A stretch of DNA of 64,000 nucleotides from assembly GCF_006345805.1 (NCBI RefSeq), contig NC_043003.1, positions 116,126,001 to 116,190,000 of the forward strand, given 5' to 3'. Below the pieces are notes generated by a model, which had not been told where the DNA came from, did no database searches, and was given only the letters and a program-made list of their open reading frames with translations. Below are positions 39,843 to 54,531 of the stretch, piece by piece. Every line of letters starts with the position of its first letter. The first letter of the stretch is position 1. The translations under genes and the position numbers were made by a program. The stretch is from Octopus sinensis (Eukaryota).

Positions 39843-40602
39843 ATCCATCTGTCTGTCTGCCTCTATCTAAATTTCTGTGTGTGTGTGTGTGTGTCAATTT
39901 TCCTTGAAAATATGCAAAATGTACAGCAGTATTTGTAACGCCATTTTTTCTATTTATAATCAAGTCAAACATGGCAGGTAGAATGAGACGATTTATATTT
40001 CTTTTCTATGGATTTCAACAGAGTTCATTTTATAAATTATATTTTATAACTGCCTTCTTTTCATTTTACTTGCTCAGAAAATGTATTCTGTATGTGATGC
40101 TTGTATCCTGTGTGATTTTAATACAATTTCTTTATATTTTCATTAATTATTTTGTTCTTTACTTATTTTAAAATAACAAAAATGGCTGCACGTCAGGAAA
40201 TAAGAAATAAAGCCTTATGAAGTACAAAAGATAAGAAATTTGCAGCAAAACATAAGACATGGTGGGTTGGAAAGTGGCAGGAGTTATATGATGTATATTA
40301 GATATTATATCTATATATTTTAGAAACTGCATGCATATGTGTGGTTGCAATGGCATATTTCTGCGTGGCTGTATTGGAAATTGGCATGGGGCTTTTACTT
40401 TGTGCGTCAAGAACATGATGGAGCTGTCGTTATAACTACATTTTTTGATAAATTTTCCATATTTCCACGTGAACAAGTACTAATCTTTAAAATTGTAAAA
40501 TTTCAAATCTTTTTACAGTTTTTCGACCTTCACAGTACCATTGAATAATGGTACCCTCATTATACATACACAAGCACACACACACATCATATATGTGTGT
40601 GT

Positions 40603-40682
<80 letters not shown>

Positions 40683-40737
40683 CAGATAGATAGATAAATA
40701 GATAGATAAATAGATAGATAGATAGATAGATAGATAT

Positions 40738-40787
<50 letters not shown>

Positions 40788-40806
40788 TGATAGATAGATA
40801 AAAAGG

Positions 40807-40877
<71 letters not shown>
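40603..40877. repeat. (GATA)n microsatellite, left flank of the Tx1 insertion
   Basis: Directly visible. Confidence 0.95.
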
Positions 40878-42164
40878 GTTTCTTTATTGGCCACACAGGG
40901 CTGCACACAGATGTGACAAGTTACAAGGTAGAGCTTTTCTTTTGGGGGATGAAAAAACAAAAAAACAAAAGAAACAAAAAAAGGTGGCGTAGGTTTTCGA
41001 TCAAAAGGGATCGTAAAAGGGAAAAGAAAATAATAATAATAATAATAAATAATTAAAAAAATAAATAAAAAATAAAAAATAAAAAATATAAAAAAGAAGA
41101 AAAGGAAAAGGAACAAAAGAAAAGAGAAATGAAAAAAGAAGAAAAAAGGGGGAAAAAATGGGAAGAGGAAAAAAACCGATCAATAGGGATCGTGTATCAC
41201 AGTGTTATGATATATGGTGTAAAGGGGAAAGCAAGTAAGGTTTATCCGTGGGAAGAAAAGCCTACGATAAAGACCACGGTAACCTTGGTCAATATTGTTA
41301 TATGTTACCACATTTGTTTGCAAGTGGGTTACCCTCTGTTTTCAATTTCTGGGTTCATAGGATTATGCTCAAGGTGGCTTCGTCATACATACGGGCAATC
41401 CTTGCTACATTCACCCATCTTTTTTTAAAACATTCGCTAGACAAAACTTGCCTCTCTACTCTCACTTTCCTTTTCAAGTGGTACTTGAAGAAGTTGATGA
41501 GAGATTGACCAGAGAGGAAAGTGTTTGTCTCCAATCCTTTCAGACGCGTCCACCAGATACATTCTTTCGCCATAGCCACAAGGATGATGAAAATAGCTCG
41601 TTTGAAGGAAGGAGGCGTGACAATATTGACGATAGACTCAGGTGATAAACCGACTCGTCCCACACGTGACAGCAGTTGTTCGACATAAGCCCACAGGTCG
41701 GAAATTGTTGGACACTGAACGAGTGCGTGCAGAACGGTTTCGTCGCTCTGACCGCATCTCGGGCAGGTCGGCCCCGTGTTTCTCGAGCCGTGTCTGTAGA
41801 GCTTATCCCGAACGGGTAGCGCTTCTCGGTAGCACTGCCAGGCCAGGGATCTCTGGAAGTTGTCCATGGGCCCTGGCCCAAAAGTTGTCCTGAACAGGCG
41901 GGTCAGGTACTCCTCGTCGACGTCCAGGTTCGCCCCGAGCTCGTCGTCGTACCTCCCCTCCACTAATCCCCAATAGAATGCTTTGGTTGTGATGAAGTCA
42001 CTCAAGGTCGACCCAGGGCGGCAGAGTTGCTTGAGAGCAACGCGACACTCGCGGTGCCAGTCGCCCTTCATCGGCCTCTTTTTGATCCACGACTGCAGTT
42101 CGGTCATGGAGACGAGCTGCGGGAAAGCGTGCCTCACAAACGGCGACTACACCTGTTCACCGTC
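40878..42164 (-). mobile_element. 5'-truncated Tx1/L1-clade retrotransposon: ORF2 C-terminus with CCHC zf-RVT plus 3'UTR
   Basis: Open frame 41355-42137 with LAWQCYREALPVRDKL...CPRCGQSDETVLHALVQC; 3' end AATAAAGAAAC joined to (TATC)n; (GATA)n on both sides. Confidence 0.88.
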
Positions 42165-42374
<210 letters not shown>

Positions 42375-42544
42375 CTGGACAGACATAGACAGAATAACCA
42401 CACAAAGCAGTGATGATCAAAACAAATATTTATTTTAGAACACATTTGCACACCACAACGCCAAAGGTAATCGTTGCATGGTTTTGTCACAGAGAAAACA
42501 AAATCTCTACGTATCGTTTCTACTAGAGGCACAAAGCCTGAGAT

Positions 42545-42665
42545 TTGTGGAGAGGGGGATAGTCGATTATATCGACCTCAGTGTTTCACTGGTATTTAAT
42601 TTATTGACCCCAATAGGATGAAAGGCAAAGTCGACTTCGACGATTCTACCAGCTCGCTGCCTTCT
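42545..42665 (-). mobile_element. SINE family B fragment
   Basis: GGATGAAAGGCAAAGTCGAC and CCAGCTCGCTGCC segments. Confidence 0.7.
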
Positions 42666-42959
42666 ATAAAGTATTTATAATAAATGCTTTGTTGGCGAGC
42701 TCCACGTGACGTTGATCTACTACAAGATATGAAATTTGAGGCGATATTGACTTTTTCATCGCGTGTTTTATTTGGTGCAGTTTGACGAGAAAATCCCCTT
42801 TGTCTATGCAAAAAAAGAGCACACATTTGTTGCACGCTTTTTGCCTACTACAAACATATAAACAAATTTGTAACATTTCATGTGTGCTGTCTGCACAATA
42901 TTTGAAATATAAAATGCACGATAAGATATCAAATGTTCAAATTTCAGGAAAATGTGATA

Positions 42960-43115
42960 TTACCAGTTTCAAAAGAACGCTATTTAGAATGCAGCGCAGA
43001 TGGGTGGGGTACCTTATTCGAATGAAGGATAATTGTGTTCTGAAAATGCTTTAGTATGGCTACGATGCAGAGGGTGACTGCGCTGAAGGAAGACCCATCC
43101 TTAAGTATAAGGATA
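42960..43115 (+). mobile_element. RTE-clade LINE C-terminal fragment
   Basis: MQRRWVGYLIRMKDNCVLKML*YG...GRPILKYKD matches the RTE LRWAGHV.RM...PK..LYG...GRP...YKD motif. Confidence 0.75.
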
Positions 43116-43214
43116 GTCCTGCCTGCGTGACACCTTGGTCAAGGGTCATCTATTAAAGCTTCGAAGCGACTAAAGACATTTAGTAAACGGAAATTGGAGG
43201 AAGCTCGTCGATAT

Positions 43215-43251
<37 letters not shown>

Positions 43252-43307
43252 ATATATATATACCTGCCTTCGTATTTTGTTTATTTTCGTAAACCTTCCC
43301 TTATATA

Positions 43308-43342
<35 letters not shown>

Positions 43343-43432
43343 TACTGATATAGGATGAAGCTTTTTTACAGAAAACATTCCATCAGAAAATGTGGCAGCA
43401 TATCAAAATGCTATGAAGGTTAAAATTATAAA

Positions 43433-43662
43433 CAGCTTATAAATAAGGGCTAAAGAAAATTATTTCAATGTCAATATGCTGATAACAGACTTTTAATTCG
43501 TCAAACAAACTTTTTAAAAAATTCTTTTGGCCAGCTTTCCTCGATTTCAGCTCTACGTGTTTTCTGTAGCGAGTAAATAATATGTGGAAAATGACGATTT
43601 AAAAGTCTGTTATCAGCATATTGTCATTGAAATAATTTTCTTTAGTCCTTGTTTATAAGTTG
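43433..43662. mobile_element. MITE with ~70-bp TIRs (Tc1/mariner-type)
   Basis: 43433-43502 versus 43593-43662 inverted, 5 mismatches; TA on the right flank. Confidence 0.8.
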
Positions 43663-43700
<38 letters not shown>

Positions 43701-43768
43701 ACCGCGTGTGTACCGTTGCCGATTTTTTTCCCTATGTTTTCCCTTCTCTGGATCTTTCCTTCTCCTAT

Positions 43769-43803
43769 GTTTCCGATGAAGAGCTCCGCTCGAAACGTTA
43801 AAC
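43769..43803 (+). ncRNA. Minimal hammerhead-like motif (U4 to C, extra A)
   Basis: GUUU-CCGAUGA-A-GAGC(UCC)GCUC-GAAA-CG-UU|AAAC. Confidence 0.55.
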
Positions 43804-43915
43804 CCTCCTTCTTTCTTTCTTTCCTGACCGACCAATAATACTATATTTGTTCCGCGTCCTCGGGTTGCTGTGTTTTTTTTGTGCTTTCTTGTTTGGATTA
43901 ACTATATATATATAG

Positions 43916-44081
43916 ACCACCCGGAAGACCTCCACGACGGTGGAGTGACGATTTCAAGAGGACGATTGGGATCACCTGGATGAGAAAGGCGCGATCCAGA
44001 GAGGAGTGGACAGCGTGCTGTGACCAGCGGTGTCAAATGGACGCCTGACGGACTGGTCGGTCAAAGTGAAGTGAAGTCAAA

Positions 44082-44085
<4 letters not shown>
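43916..44085 (+). mobile_element. RTE-clade LINE extreme 3' end with (AAGTG)n tail
   Basis: RPPGRPPRRWSDDFKRTIGITWMRKARSREEWTACCDQRCQMDA* followed by AAGTGAAGTGAAGT. Confidence 0.8.
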
Positions 44086-44122
<37 letters not shown>

Positions 44123-44542
44123 GGGGGGGGTGTATGTGTGTGTGTATGTATGTATGTATTTGTGTGAGTATGTATAAATCTGCCTGTATGGTACGATAGG
44201 CATTTGAACTTAGAAGTATCTACATCCTAATTGAAACGTTTTTATTAACAGTTCACAGATAATGTTCACGGAAGACGCTACAATCTGCACAAACAGTCAA
44301 TGATTAGATATCTTTAAACTAACGAGGGTAAAATTTTCGAAAACTATTATAAATGAGTGAATAACAGGAAACAGAAGAAGCAACCAGTGAATTATGTATG
44401 TATCGAATGGTCCATCATGTGTGTGTGTGTGTGTGTGAGTGTGTATGGATGTACTCATAGATTCATACATATGTACACATGTATAATATGCATACACATA
44501 CATAAAAATACGCATATGTGTGTGATTAAGTGGGCATATATG

Positions 44543-44573
<31 letters not shown>

Positions 44574-44751
44574 ATACATATGCATATATATACATATATG
44601 TATGCATATATATATGTAAGTATATATATATATATATATATATTTATATACATATATACATATATATATATATGTGTGTGTTTGTGTGTATACATATGCA
44701 TATATATACATATATGTATATGTATGCATATATATGTGAGTATATTATATT

Positions 44752-44806
<55 letters not shown>

Positions 44807-45289
44807 CGCGCGCGCGTGTGTGGTGTGTGTATGTATAATACAGAGAGACAGAGAGAGCAAGATATTGGATTATATGAGTTTTATGGAGGAAGAATTAAAA
44901 TAATGGAATAATAGAAACGTAGAATATGAAAATGAAGAATGGACATGAGTGAAATACCGATAAAGACGGAAGGACACAGAATGAAACAATAAAAGGGAAC
45001 GGATATAGACGGAAAATAGGAAAGTCTGCAAGAGGCAAGTATTTCTATTTTTCCATTAATTATTCTTATTATGATGATAATGAAGAGAAGTATTCAATTT
45101 TTTGATTTCACAATTAGTAAACAGAAACGTTAAAATTCACAAAAGAGAGAAAATATTGTTGCTTTATAATGTATGCCTTTGTTCCTTACCAAGAAATAAT
45201 TCTCCTTTGAAAGTCTATGGTAATTTTTGAAATTGATTTTTTTTTTCTTTTTCTTCTTCCCTTTCTCTTTCGCTCATTTTTCTCTCTTA

Positions 45290-45329
<40 letters not shown>

Positions 45330-45672
45330 ATTCTGTCTTTTTCTCCTTCTCTCTCACCCACTTCTCTCTCCCATTTTTGTCGGCTGTAATCACCTTCTAG
45401 TGTAGTTGCTGTTGTTGTTGCTGCTCTTATTTTAATACTTGTTTTGTAAGTATAATTGCTTCATAATTGTTTTGTCCTTTATTTTTAATTTTTGTTTCCA
45501 CATTTTTTTTAATTTTTCGTTTTTCACTTTCGTCTTCGTATATTTTGTTGCAGTCTTCCTGGTCGTTTCCTATTTCTGTTGTAGAAGTTGATGTAATTAT
45601 TTTGTGTTTGTTCTTAATGCTGCTTGTTTGTCGTACTGACTGTTTTGCGTTTGTGTTTTGATAATTTTTATT

Positions 45673-46080
45673 GTTGGAGTGGCTGTGTGGTAAGTAGCTT
45701 GCTAACCAACCACATGGTTCCGGGTTCAGTCCCACTGCGTGGCACCTTGGGCAAGTGTCTTCTGCTATAGCCCCGGGCCGACCGATGCCTTGTGAGTGAA
45801 TTTGGTAGACGGAAACTGAAAGAAGCCCGTCGCATATATGTATATGTATATGTGTGTATGTGTGTGTTTGTGTGTCTGTGTTTGTCCTCCTAGCATTGCT
45901 TGACAACCGATGCTGGTGTGTTTACGTCCCCATTACTTAGCGGTTCGGCAAAAGAGACCGATAGAATAAGTACTGGGCTTACAAAAGAATAAGTCCCGGG
46001 GTCGAGTTGCTCGATTAAAGGCGGTGCTCCAGCATGGCCGCAGTCAAATGACTGAAACAAGTAAAAGAGTAAAGAGTAAG
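45673..46080 (+). mobile_element. SINE family A, near full length
   Basis: Diagnostic head, body and (AAGAGTA)n tail. Confidence 0.9.
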
Positions 46081-46856
46081 AGTTGCATTTCTTATTATGA
46101 GGTTGTTGCCGTTGTCGTTAATCTAATTTCCTTCGGAGGATCTCCTTTAAACTTCATTCAACCCTGCAATAATAATACAGAGAAGGCAAGATCGAATGCT
46201 GAAGCCACGATAAGAACAGAAATCTTGAATACATATGATGGTTGCCTTATCTTGCCAGATGTTAGTCGTCTCAGATTCAACCTCCTCTTCTGACTTACTT
46301 TCATCCTTGCAAAACAGATCAAGAAATGAAATGATAATAACACGTATATACGTCATTGGATTTCATTGATAAATGTTGGCCAACTTTTTGCCACTCTCTC
46401 AATCACCATAATAGGTACCAATGACAAGCGTTACAATGACAAGGTGGCGAATACCATTTTGACTGAAGGTTTCGTCGGACTGTCTCCTAAAAAAATGCTG
46501 TCTTCCCCATGGTTCTCTGAAACATAACGGAAAATTCCTTTACCCATGCGAAATCCACTTAACCCATAAATAAGACCTTAGAAGGAGCCACTAAAGCTGC
46601 ATTTCAGGACGGATATGGGAGTAAGAATAATTGAGAGTGATGCCATGCAAACCACAACTACATAACTACGGCGCTGGACCCTCAGCACTGGATGCTGATT
46701 ATTATTGTAGCCAGGACATTATGATATACATACACACACACACTGAGAACGTGGGTGTTCCGTGTGTAGAACTCCAAACTCACCATTAGCAGTTATGTCT
46801 AACTGTACCCAAAATATATATTTGAGGGTGCGTGCACAGATAGGTGTGTGATAGTG

Positions 46857-46896
<40 letters not shown>

Positions 46897-46897
<1 letters not shown>

Positions 46898-47290
46898 TCT
46901 TTTACTCTTTTACTTGTTTCAGTTATTTGACTGTGGCCATGCTGCAGCACCACCTTTTATTCGAAGCAAATCGATCCCAGGACTTATTTTTGTAAGCCTA
47001 GTACTTATTCTATCGACCTCTTTTGCCGAACCGCTAAGTTACGGGGACGTAAACACACCACCATCGGTTGTCAAGCGATGTTGGGGATGAACGCAGACAC
47101 ACAAACGTATACACATACATATATACGACGGGCTTCTTTCAGTTCCCGTCTACCAAATCCACTCAAAAGGCCTTGGTTGGTCCGATGCCATAGTAGAAGA
47201 CACTCGTCCAAGGTGCCACGCAGTGGGACTGAACTCGGAACCATGTGGTTTGTAAGCAAGCTTTTTACCACACAGCCACTCCTGCACCTA
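46897..47290 (-). mobile_element. SINE family A, full length
   Basis: Diagnostic segments. Confidence 0.88.
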
Positions 47291-47348
47291 CATATATTTA
47301 TATATATTATATATATATATATATAATATATATATACATGTACATGTA

Positions 47349-47384
<36 letters not shown>

Positions 47385-47410
47385 CCCCTCTCTCTCTCTC
47401 TCTCTCTCTC

Positions 47411-47469
<59 letters not shown>

Positions 47470-50400
47470 GAAAAGAATATTCACAAAAATAGACATGTAA
47501 TCATAATTATCAAATTGATTTAACGAATAGCTAGCTTTAAGTAAGAAAACTTATATACTCGGGGTGCTAAAGGTTACTGGCGTTGGGTAAAAGAAATACT
47601 AAGAGTATTAGTTAATTATGACTTTATTCAACCTATACACCTCTTAGATTCACACACATCTTGCAGCGGTCCTTCAGTTTTTCTAAGACCTGTAAAAGAA
47701 CTCGGAAGCTTAGGTCTCCAACCAGGCCTTTCGTGATACACTTAAAGCCAGGAACTTTAAAGCAACCCCTTTCATATAATATGTGTAAGTGGATAGGTGT
47801 TGAACGGAATAGCCAATTTGGAAGCATTATAAACGAAATTAGTCAGGAATATATCGATCTGGAGTTTTGGCTTCTATCAATGATTAACTATGCAACAGTT
47901 GGGTTTATAAAGCCAGATCGGTCCTGGTCTTTTCGCCTATGATAAATATTCTCGGGCCCCCCGAAAGTTTTCATTTTCTTTTTACTGATAAACAAATTAA
48001 AATAGAGAACATGCTTTGATATTTTTAAATGCCTTGGCGTGATTTTTATTGGCTATTTGACTGCCGATTATGTGAGGACCGGAAAAGGCATTTAATTTAG
48101 TGGTGTGTGTAATTAATTGTTCCAATCATCAGATTAGTCTGAATAAAAGTGACCGACATTTGATCGGTAGAACAGAACATTTCATGATCTTGCTCTCTGC
48201 AAAAGATATCTTCACACATTTACGTGATGTATAGTGACACTTTCCTCTTGTTTCCTCAATAACAGGGAAAGTAGATTCCTGTTAGCACTGTGAAATTATG
48301 CTATTTACAACTGGAAGTATGTTCTCACTTATTTCGTGTATCTAACATATATTTCTTACTTAGTTTACATAGTATAAAGCCACGTGGTATCAGTTTACCA
48401 TGGAAGTAAAACAACGGCTCCCACAACTCGTATCACTAGATTCATATGTGGAGGCTGTCGGCGAGACCATAATTTCTGATCTACGACACTCATGCTTAAT
48501 ATCAATAGCTATGGAGTGTAATCGTTTCTAAGCGGACCGAGATCGGGTAGCAGAATTGCTGTGTTGCTTCGGAAAGTTTTAAATTTCACGACATTAAACG
48601 CTTTCTTGGAACCAAATGTAAGTTGATTTCTCTAATTCTTCCGATTAGAAGATGCACATCCCACATCCACCCCCAAAATCACCACAGACCTGCCAGATTT
48701 CTAAAGAAGTCAAACGCGAGAATGTACCAGTGCAAGACACGGACAATCTGTATCCACTCATCCAGATCATATCTAGAATGACTATTTAAAGACTTCGAAG
48801 AGACACAGAGAAAAGGCATCACAACCCATGTGGATTGAGTTGGTGTATCAAAGCCAGGCAAACTTATTGGTCAATTTTTATCTGGCTGATAGTTATCGAT
48901 CGAATATCCTGAATGCATCAGTGTATATGTAAATGGACAGCGTATTCTACCACATGAAGATAACCATAGCATATGTTTCCCAAATTTAAAATTGGCAGCA
49001 ACAAATCCTACAATTTTGTTTTCACAGTTACGCATAGACAGGTATCCGGTTCCTTAAAACAGATCACTTCTTTTTTGGCGCAACAAACAGATAGGGACCA
49101 AATTAAAGAATGATTCTTTCGATGGTCCTAAGTTACAAAAGCGCAAAGGGACAACTGACACCAACTGATGGAAATTAGCCCTGAAAAGATCTATTTGTTT
49201 AGAATCTGTAATATTTAGTAAGAAACTAGTGATAGAGAAATCTAAACGAGCGGGATAGTTAATTAGTTGCCTAGAAGACGCAAGTAATAATGATTTGCAA
49301 ATGAAGCGAATGAATTGCAAAACTGAGCGGGACGTTCTTGTTATTTGAATTCATGTGGTGTTACGAGGGAACAAAAGCCGTTCAATGGGTTTGCGTGACT
49401 GTGACACAACTTGACCGGAGCGCAGTATGACAGCAGAGAACCATTCAGGCTTTGATGTAATCGATAGAGGCACATGAAACTCCATTCAAAGTAGATATGT
49501 GCAGCTTTTCAGTTGCTTCTCAATATCAGAATAACGGAGAATCTTGCATGGATGGTGTGCTGAACATGTGTTACATGACCGGAAGTCCTTAGCTTTGAAC
49601 ACGTTTTCAGAATTTGGATCAACCCGACGCACGGTGAACGTTTCTTTAGTCTCAGTGTATTGCTTTTGTTACCACTCGATACCATGCATTCATTCTCTCA
49701 GGGGTTCCTCTCTCTCTCTCCCCTTTAGGACGTCCTCATTCAATATCTACTTCTGAAGAAGTAGGATGTACCTTGGGGTATCTCGTGAAAAGTAGCCTAC
49801 GGAATGTCAATACGAACAGCATCATTGTAAAAGGTTCGGATACCACACATATCGAGAGTATGCATTGTTAAAGGAAAACCGAATTTTCCAAAACACGAGG
49901 GGATGAAGTTCTTTCGATGGGTCCAAGTTACAAAAGCGCAAAGTGAAAAGAAAGCCTCAGCTTCGTCTTTCATTATAGTTTCCAGATAAACTCTACAAAC
50001 GTGGGCCTGGACGTACATGAGATGCGCCAAAGAGTGACGAAAGTTTTCTGCAAGGATTTGCCCATTGTTCAATCAATGCCTTGGATCGAGGTAACAACTG
50101 AGCTTATTTTAAAGATAGGTTCATGGTCTTTATTCTAGTGATTTACATTCCGAGTTCAAAATCAGCCGATCTCGACTGTGATTTTCCTCTTTCTTGGATC
50201 GTTACAACAGAGTACCGAGTCCATTGTCGAATATTTTGATTACATCTCTTTCCTGAAAATTACTGGCTTTATACCAAAATTAAGAACTATTTTCTTATTA
50301 CAACTACTCTTTTAGTAAATGTATTGTGTTTATTAGGGTTATGAATTTACTAAAATCTCTGAAAGTTGCTGCGAAAACAAAAGCAGCACCAGCATCGGCA

Positions 50401-51013
50401 TAATTGTTTTGTATGAAGAAATCAGGCATTGATGAGGAGAGTCGTAAACCATTAGCATTGTCTTGAATAATATTTAAAAAAAGAAAGAGAATAAAACATT
50501 GTTGCAGCAAAAATTGAAATAATTTATGGAAATAAAAATAATAGGAAAAATGATTCCCTAATTCAAAATATAATTATATTCGAAAATGCCGAGAAAGAGC
50601 AAATGAAGAGAAAGGAATGACAATATAAAAGAAGAAATAAGATATCAAGAAAATGTCGAACGAAACAGGTTCCAATATTCACTTTATATTCATTATGAAC
50701 CTAATTTCCACGCAATAAGAATGCAAAATACCACACACTGTATTCTCCTAGGCATTTTGGTCACACAAGAGGGTTTCTGGAATAATTTAATTCTGCTTTA
50801 ATCTCTGATTTCAGCGGTAGTCATCTTGAATTTAAACATTTCAGTTGCGTATTTTTTTTGTTTTTTTCTTTCATTTTTATTTTCCAAAATGTTGGTTTTC
50901 TATTGAATTATCAATAAAATTTTCATTTACATTTTCTATTTGCTGCTCACAGTCTCTCTCAAACATATTCATCGCACTCTCAGATTCATTCCGACGTACC
51001 ACCTCTCTGTCTG

Positions 51014-51085
<72 letters not shown>

Positions 51086-51520
51086 TATATGTGTGTGTGT
51101 GTGTGTGTATGAGAGCAAGTGTGCATGCATGTAAGTATGTATGTATGTATGAATGTATGTATGAATGTATGCATACGTACATATACATACATGTGCACAT
51201 ACCTATTTGTACACATTTATATTTATAAATACGTATATATGTGTTTATATAAAATAATCATATATTCGTATGTATATATGTATATTATATATATATATAT
51301 ATGTGGTGTGTGTGTGTGTTGTATCTATCTATATGTATATACATATGTTGCATTTATATAATACATATATATATATTATATATATGTATATATATAAATA
51401 TACATATATATCTATATGTATATTGTATATATGTATATATATATATATAACATAATATATATATATAATATATATATACATATATATGTATATGTATTAA
51501 TAATGTATATGTATATATAT

Positions 51521-51577
<57 letters not shown>

Positions 51578-51692
51578 TCAATGGCTACGTCATTCCTTCA
51601 GCAGATTTCTTACTCATTCCTCCAACGTATTACCTTTCTAATTCGCTGTGTATATCCCCTCCTCTGAACCTTCTCATCTCTCTTTCTCCAAT

Positions 51693-51743
<51 letters not shown>

Positions 51744-52182
51744 CCTCTCTCTCTCTCCTGTGTTTAAACAATCTTGTCTAAAATATCATTCAGGCTTTAT
51801 TTTTTTACCTAATTTTATTTTGTTTGATTTTCTCACAATTTGCCGAATTATTCATATACCTTCACATATTCTTTTATTTTCTCAATTTTATATACCTGAC
51901 TTTTCTTCTTTCATTGTTTCTCCTCTTCGCTGCTCTTCATTTCTAAGTACACCCCCAACCTCCATCCCCACCCACGCACACACATACATACAGACACACA
52001 AACACTCATACACACGCACACACGAAAATATACATACATACATGCTTACATAATCCGCAAATGTAAACATATATATTTGTGCGTGCGTGCAGAGCGCTCA
52101 CACACATCTACATAAACAGGGAAACATGTATGTCTAGCTATATATACACAGCACACAAATAGGCCTCTGTTTGTGTGTATGA

Positions 52183-52220
<38 letters not shown>

Positions 52221-52644
52221 AGAGAGAGGGGGAGTGTATGTGCGTGTATGTATGTATGTATACATTTGTATATGCTTGAAACAAGATTAGAATGTTCCTT
52301 CCCTATCTGGTTTCGTGTCAGCTAGGTTCTGAGAGTGAACTCTCGCGAGGTCTGCTTTGCATGCATTAGAATCCTCTCTGATCTCAAAGCATAATTACGA
52401 ATAGTGTTTTGAAATCGATTTTATCACAGCCATACATATATTTGACTTTCTAATATCATACGAATTTTTTTTACCAGTTTTAGAAGAAGAATTGGAGAAA
52501 ATCTACCTATTACGCCTCAGGTATTCTGTCTTGTTCACTTTAAGATTTGTGTTCAATTCACGGCGGCGTCTGGTAAAGAAACTAAGTGAACGACAACTGA
52601 ATTAGTACTGAATTAGTGTACGGTCAAAACCAATATACTCCTCC

Positions 52645-53175
52645 ACGCCTTCCTCTTCCTCCTTCTCCCACGCCTTCCTCTTCCTCCTTCTCCTCGCCTT
52701 CATCTTCCTCCTTCTCCAACCACCGCCTCCTTTCCCCTTCTTTTCCCTTTCCTTTTCCTCCTTTTCATTTCCTTCTTCTCCCTCCTTTCTCCCTCGCCTT
52801 CCTCTTCCTCCTTCTCCACGCCTTCCTCTTCCTCCTTCTCCTCGCCTTCCTCTTCCTCCTTCTCCTCGCCTTCCTCTTCCTCCTTCTCCCTCGCCTTCCC
52901 CTTCCTCCTTCTCCACGCCTTCCTCTTCCTCCTTCTCCTCACCTTCCTCTTCCTCCTTCTCCCACGCCTTCCTCTTCCTCCTTCTCCTCGCCTTCATCTT
53001 CCTCCTTCTCCTCGCCTTCCTCTCCCTCCTCCTCGCCTTCCTCTTCCTCCTTCTCCTCGCCTTCCTCTTCCTCCTTCTCCTCGCCTTCCTCTTCCTCCTT
53101 CTCCTCAACCTTCCTCTTCCTCCTTCTCCCCACCTTCCTCTTCCTCCTTCTCCTCTCCTTCCCCTTCCTCCTCCC
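52645..53175. repeat. 24-bp pyrimidine minisatellite (CCTTCCTCTTCCTCCTTCTCCTCG)n
   Basis: Directly visible; explains the EEEEGEEK and RRRRKRKA ORFs. Confidence 0.9.
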
Positions 53176-53814
53176 TTCCTTAAATGTAAATTGCTTCATG
53201 TCTAAAATTTGTTACCAGTTCTAAAATACTACAAGAATATTCGAACTCTAAGGAAAGCTGTTCACCGTGGAGTATCCTAGAGACAATTTAAAGCAGTGGA
53301 CAGATAGGTGTTAGGACACCGGGCCAGCTCACGGCATCCCCTCGCCAGATTGTTGGATACATACATTCCGAGTCGTTACTGATGAAGTGACAGCCAATCC
53401 GAAATGCATGCATGCCACAGCCTGAGGAAGCTAGGCTGTGAGCTGATTCGGTGTATTTACAGCGGAAAGCTTGCTGGATGATAACATACAGTTAATACCT
53501 TTCTCACGGGTTCGAATATTTCAATATGTATCAACATATGCATATTCCGATATAGTTTGTTTCCATTCGTTCTAAGAAAATAATTTATCGCTATCCTTCT
53601 TCTACTTTTAATATACTCATACTACACTAAAAATAGCTATGTGTATATTCAACTATATGCAAATTAAATATCTACTTATATAACAATCCATAATTAGAAG
53701 CAAATCCTTTTGCACACGTCCTTCCAGACAATATATATATATGTATATATATGTATATATATGTATATATATACCTGCACGGACAAACACACACATGCAT
53801 AATATATATATGAC

Positions 53815-54262
53815 TCTAGACGTAGGAATATCCTTGTGGAAAGAAACTTGGTTCCTACCGACATGTTACCCGGTTCAGTCCCATCACGTGACAACCTGGT
53901 CACGTGTTTTCTACTATACCCTCGAGTCGACCAAAGCCTTGTGAGTTCATTTCCTAGACGGAAACTGAAAGAAGTCCGTGATATATATATATACGTGTAT
54001 GTGTGTGTGTGTGTGTGTGTGCGTGCGTGTGTGTGAGTGCCTGTGTGTTTATATATATGTATGCGTGTGTGTTTCCCCCAACCATGGCTTGAAAACCGGT
54101 GTTGGTGTGTTTATGTTACCATAAACTAGCGGTTCGGCAAAAGAGTCCGATAGAATAAGTATCATTCTTACAAAGAATAAGCACTGGGGTCGATTTGTTC
54201 GAATAAAGGCAGTGCTCCAGCATGGCTGCAGTCAAATTGACTGAAACAAGTAAAAGAATAAA
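53815..54262 (+). mobile_element. Diverged SINE family A
   Basis: GGTTCAGTCCC, GACCAAAGCCTTGTGAG and GTGCTCCAGCATGGCTGCAGTCAAA segments. Confidence 0.8.
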
Positions 54263-54531
54263 TATACATATATATATATATACAATTGCAGCGTGGAAGG
54301 TGTTTATAAGCCATTTAAGAAACACACAAAAGCCGTTCGATTCACTCCAACATTTAAGTTTAATTAGTCAAAATATTTTCGTCGCTAAAATCCGCGACCT
54401 GTTCACTGACAAAGTCCGTGCTGCATCTAAGAAAGTAACAGTTAGTTCGTCATATATATGTACGTATGTATGTGTGTATGTATGCATACATGTGTGTATG
54501 TATGTACGTATATATATATATATATATATAT

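Noticed and set aside
47620-47900. Possible LINE C-terminal remnant (MLPNWLFRS...)
   Set aside because: Similarity too weak to assign by eye.
52602-53224. Long R/K/E-rich or P/S-rich ORFs
   Set aside because: Products of the 24-bp minisatellite; no splice or domain support.
53370-53415. CUGAUGA-A-G...C-CGAAAUGCAUGCAUG hammerhead-like string
   Set aside because: Weak stem II, G at position 17 and no stem I pairing.
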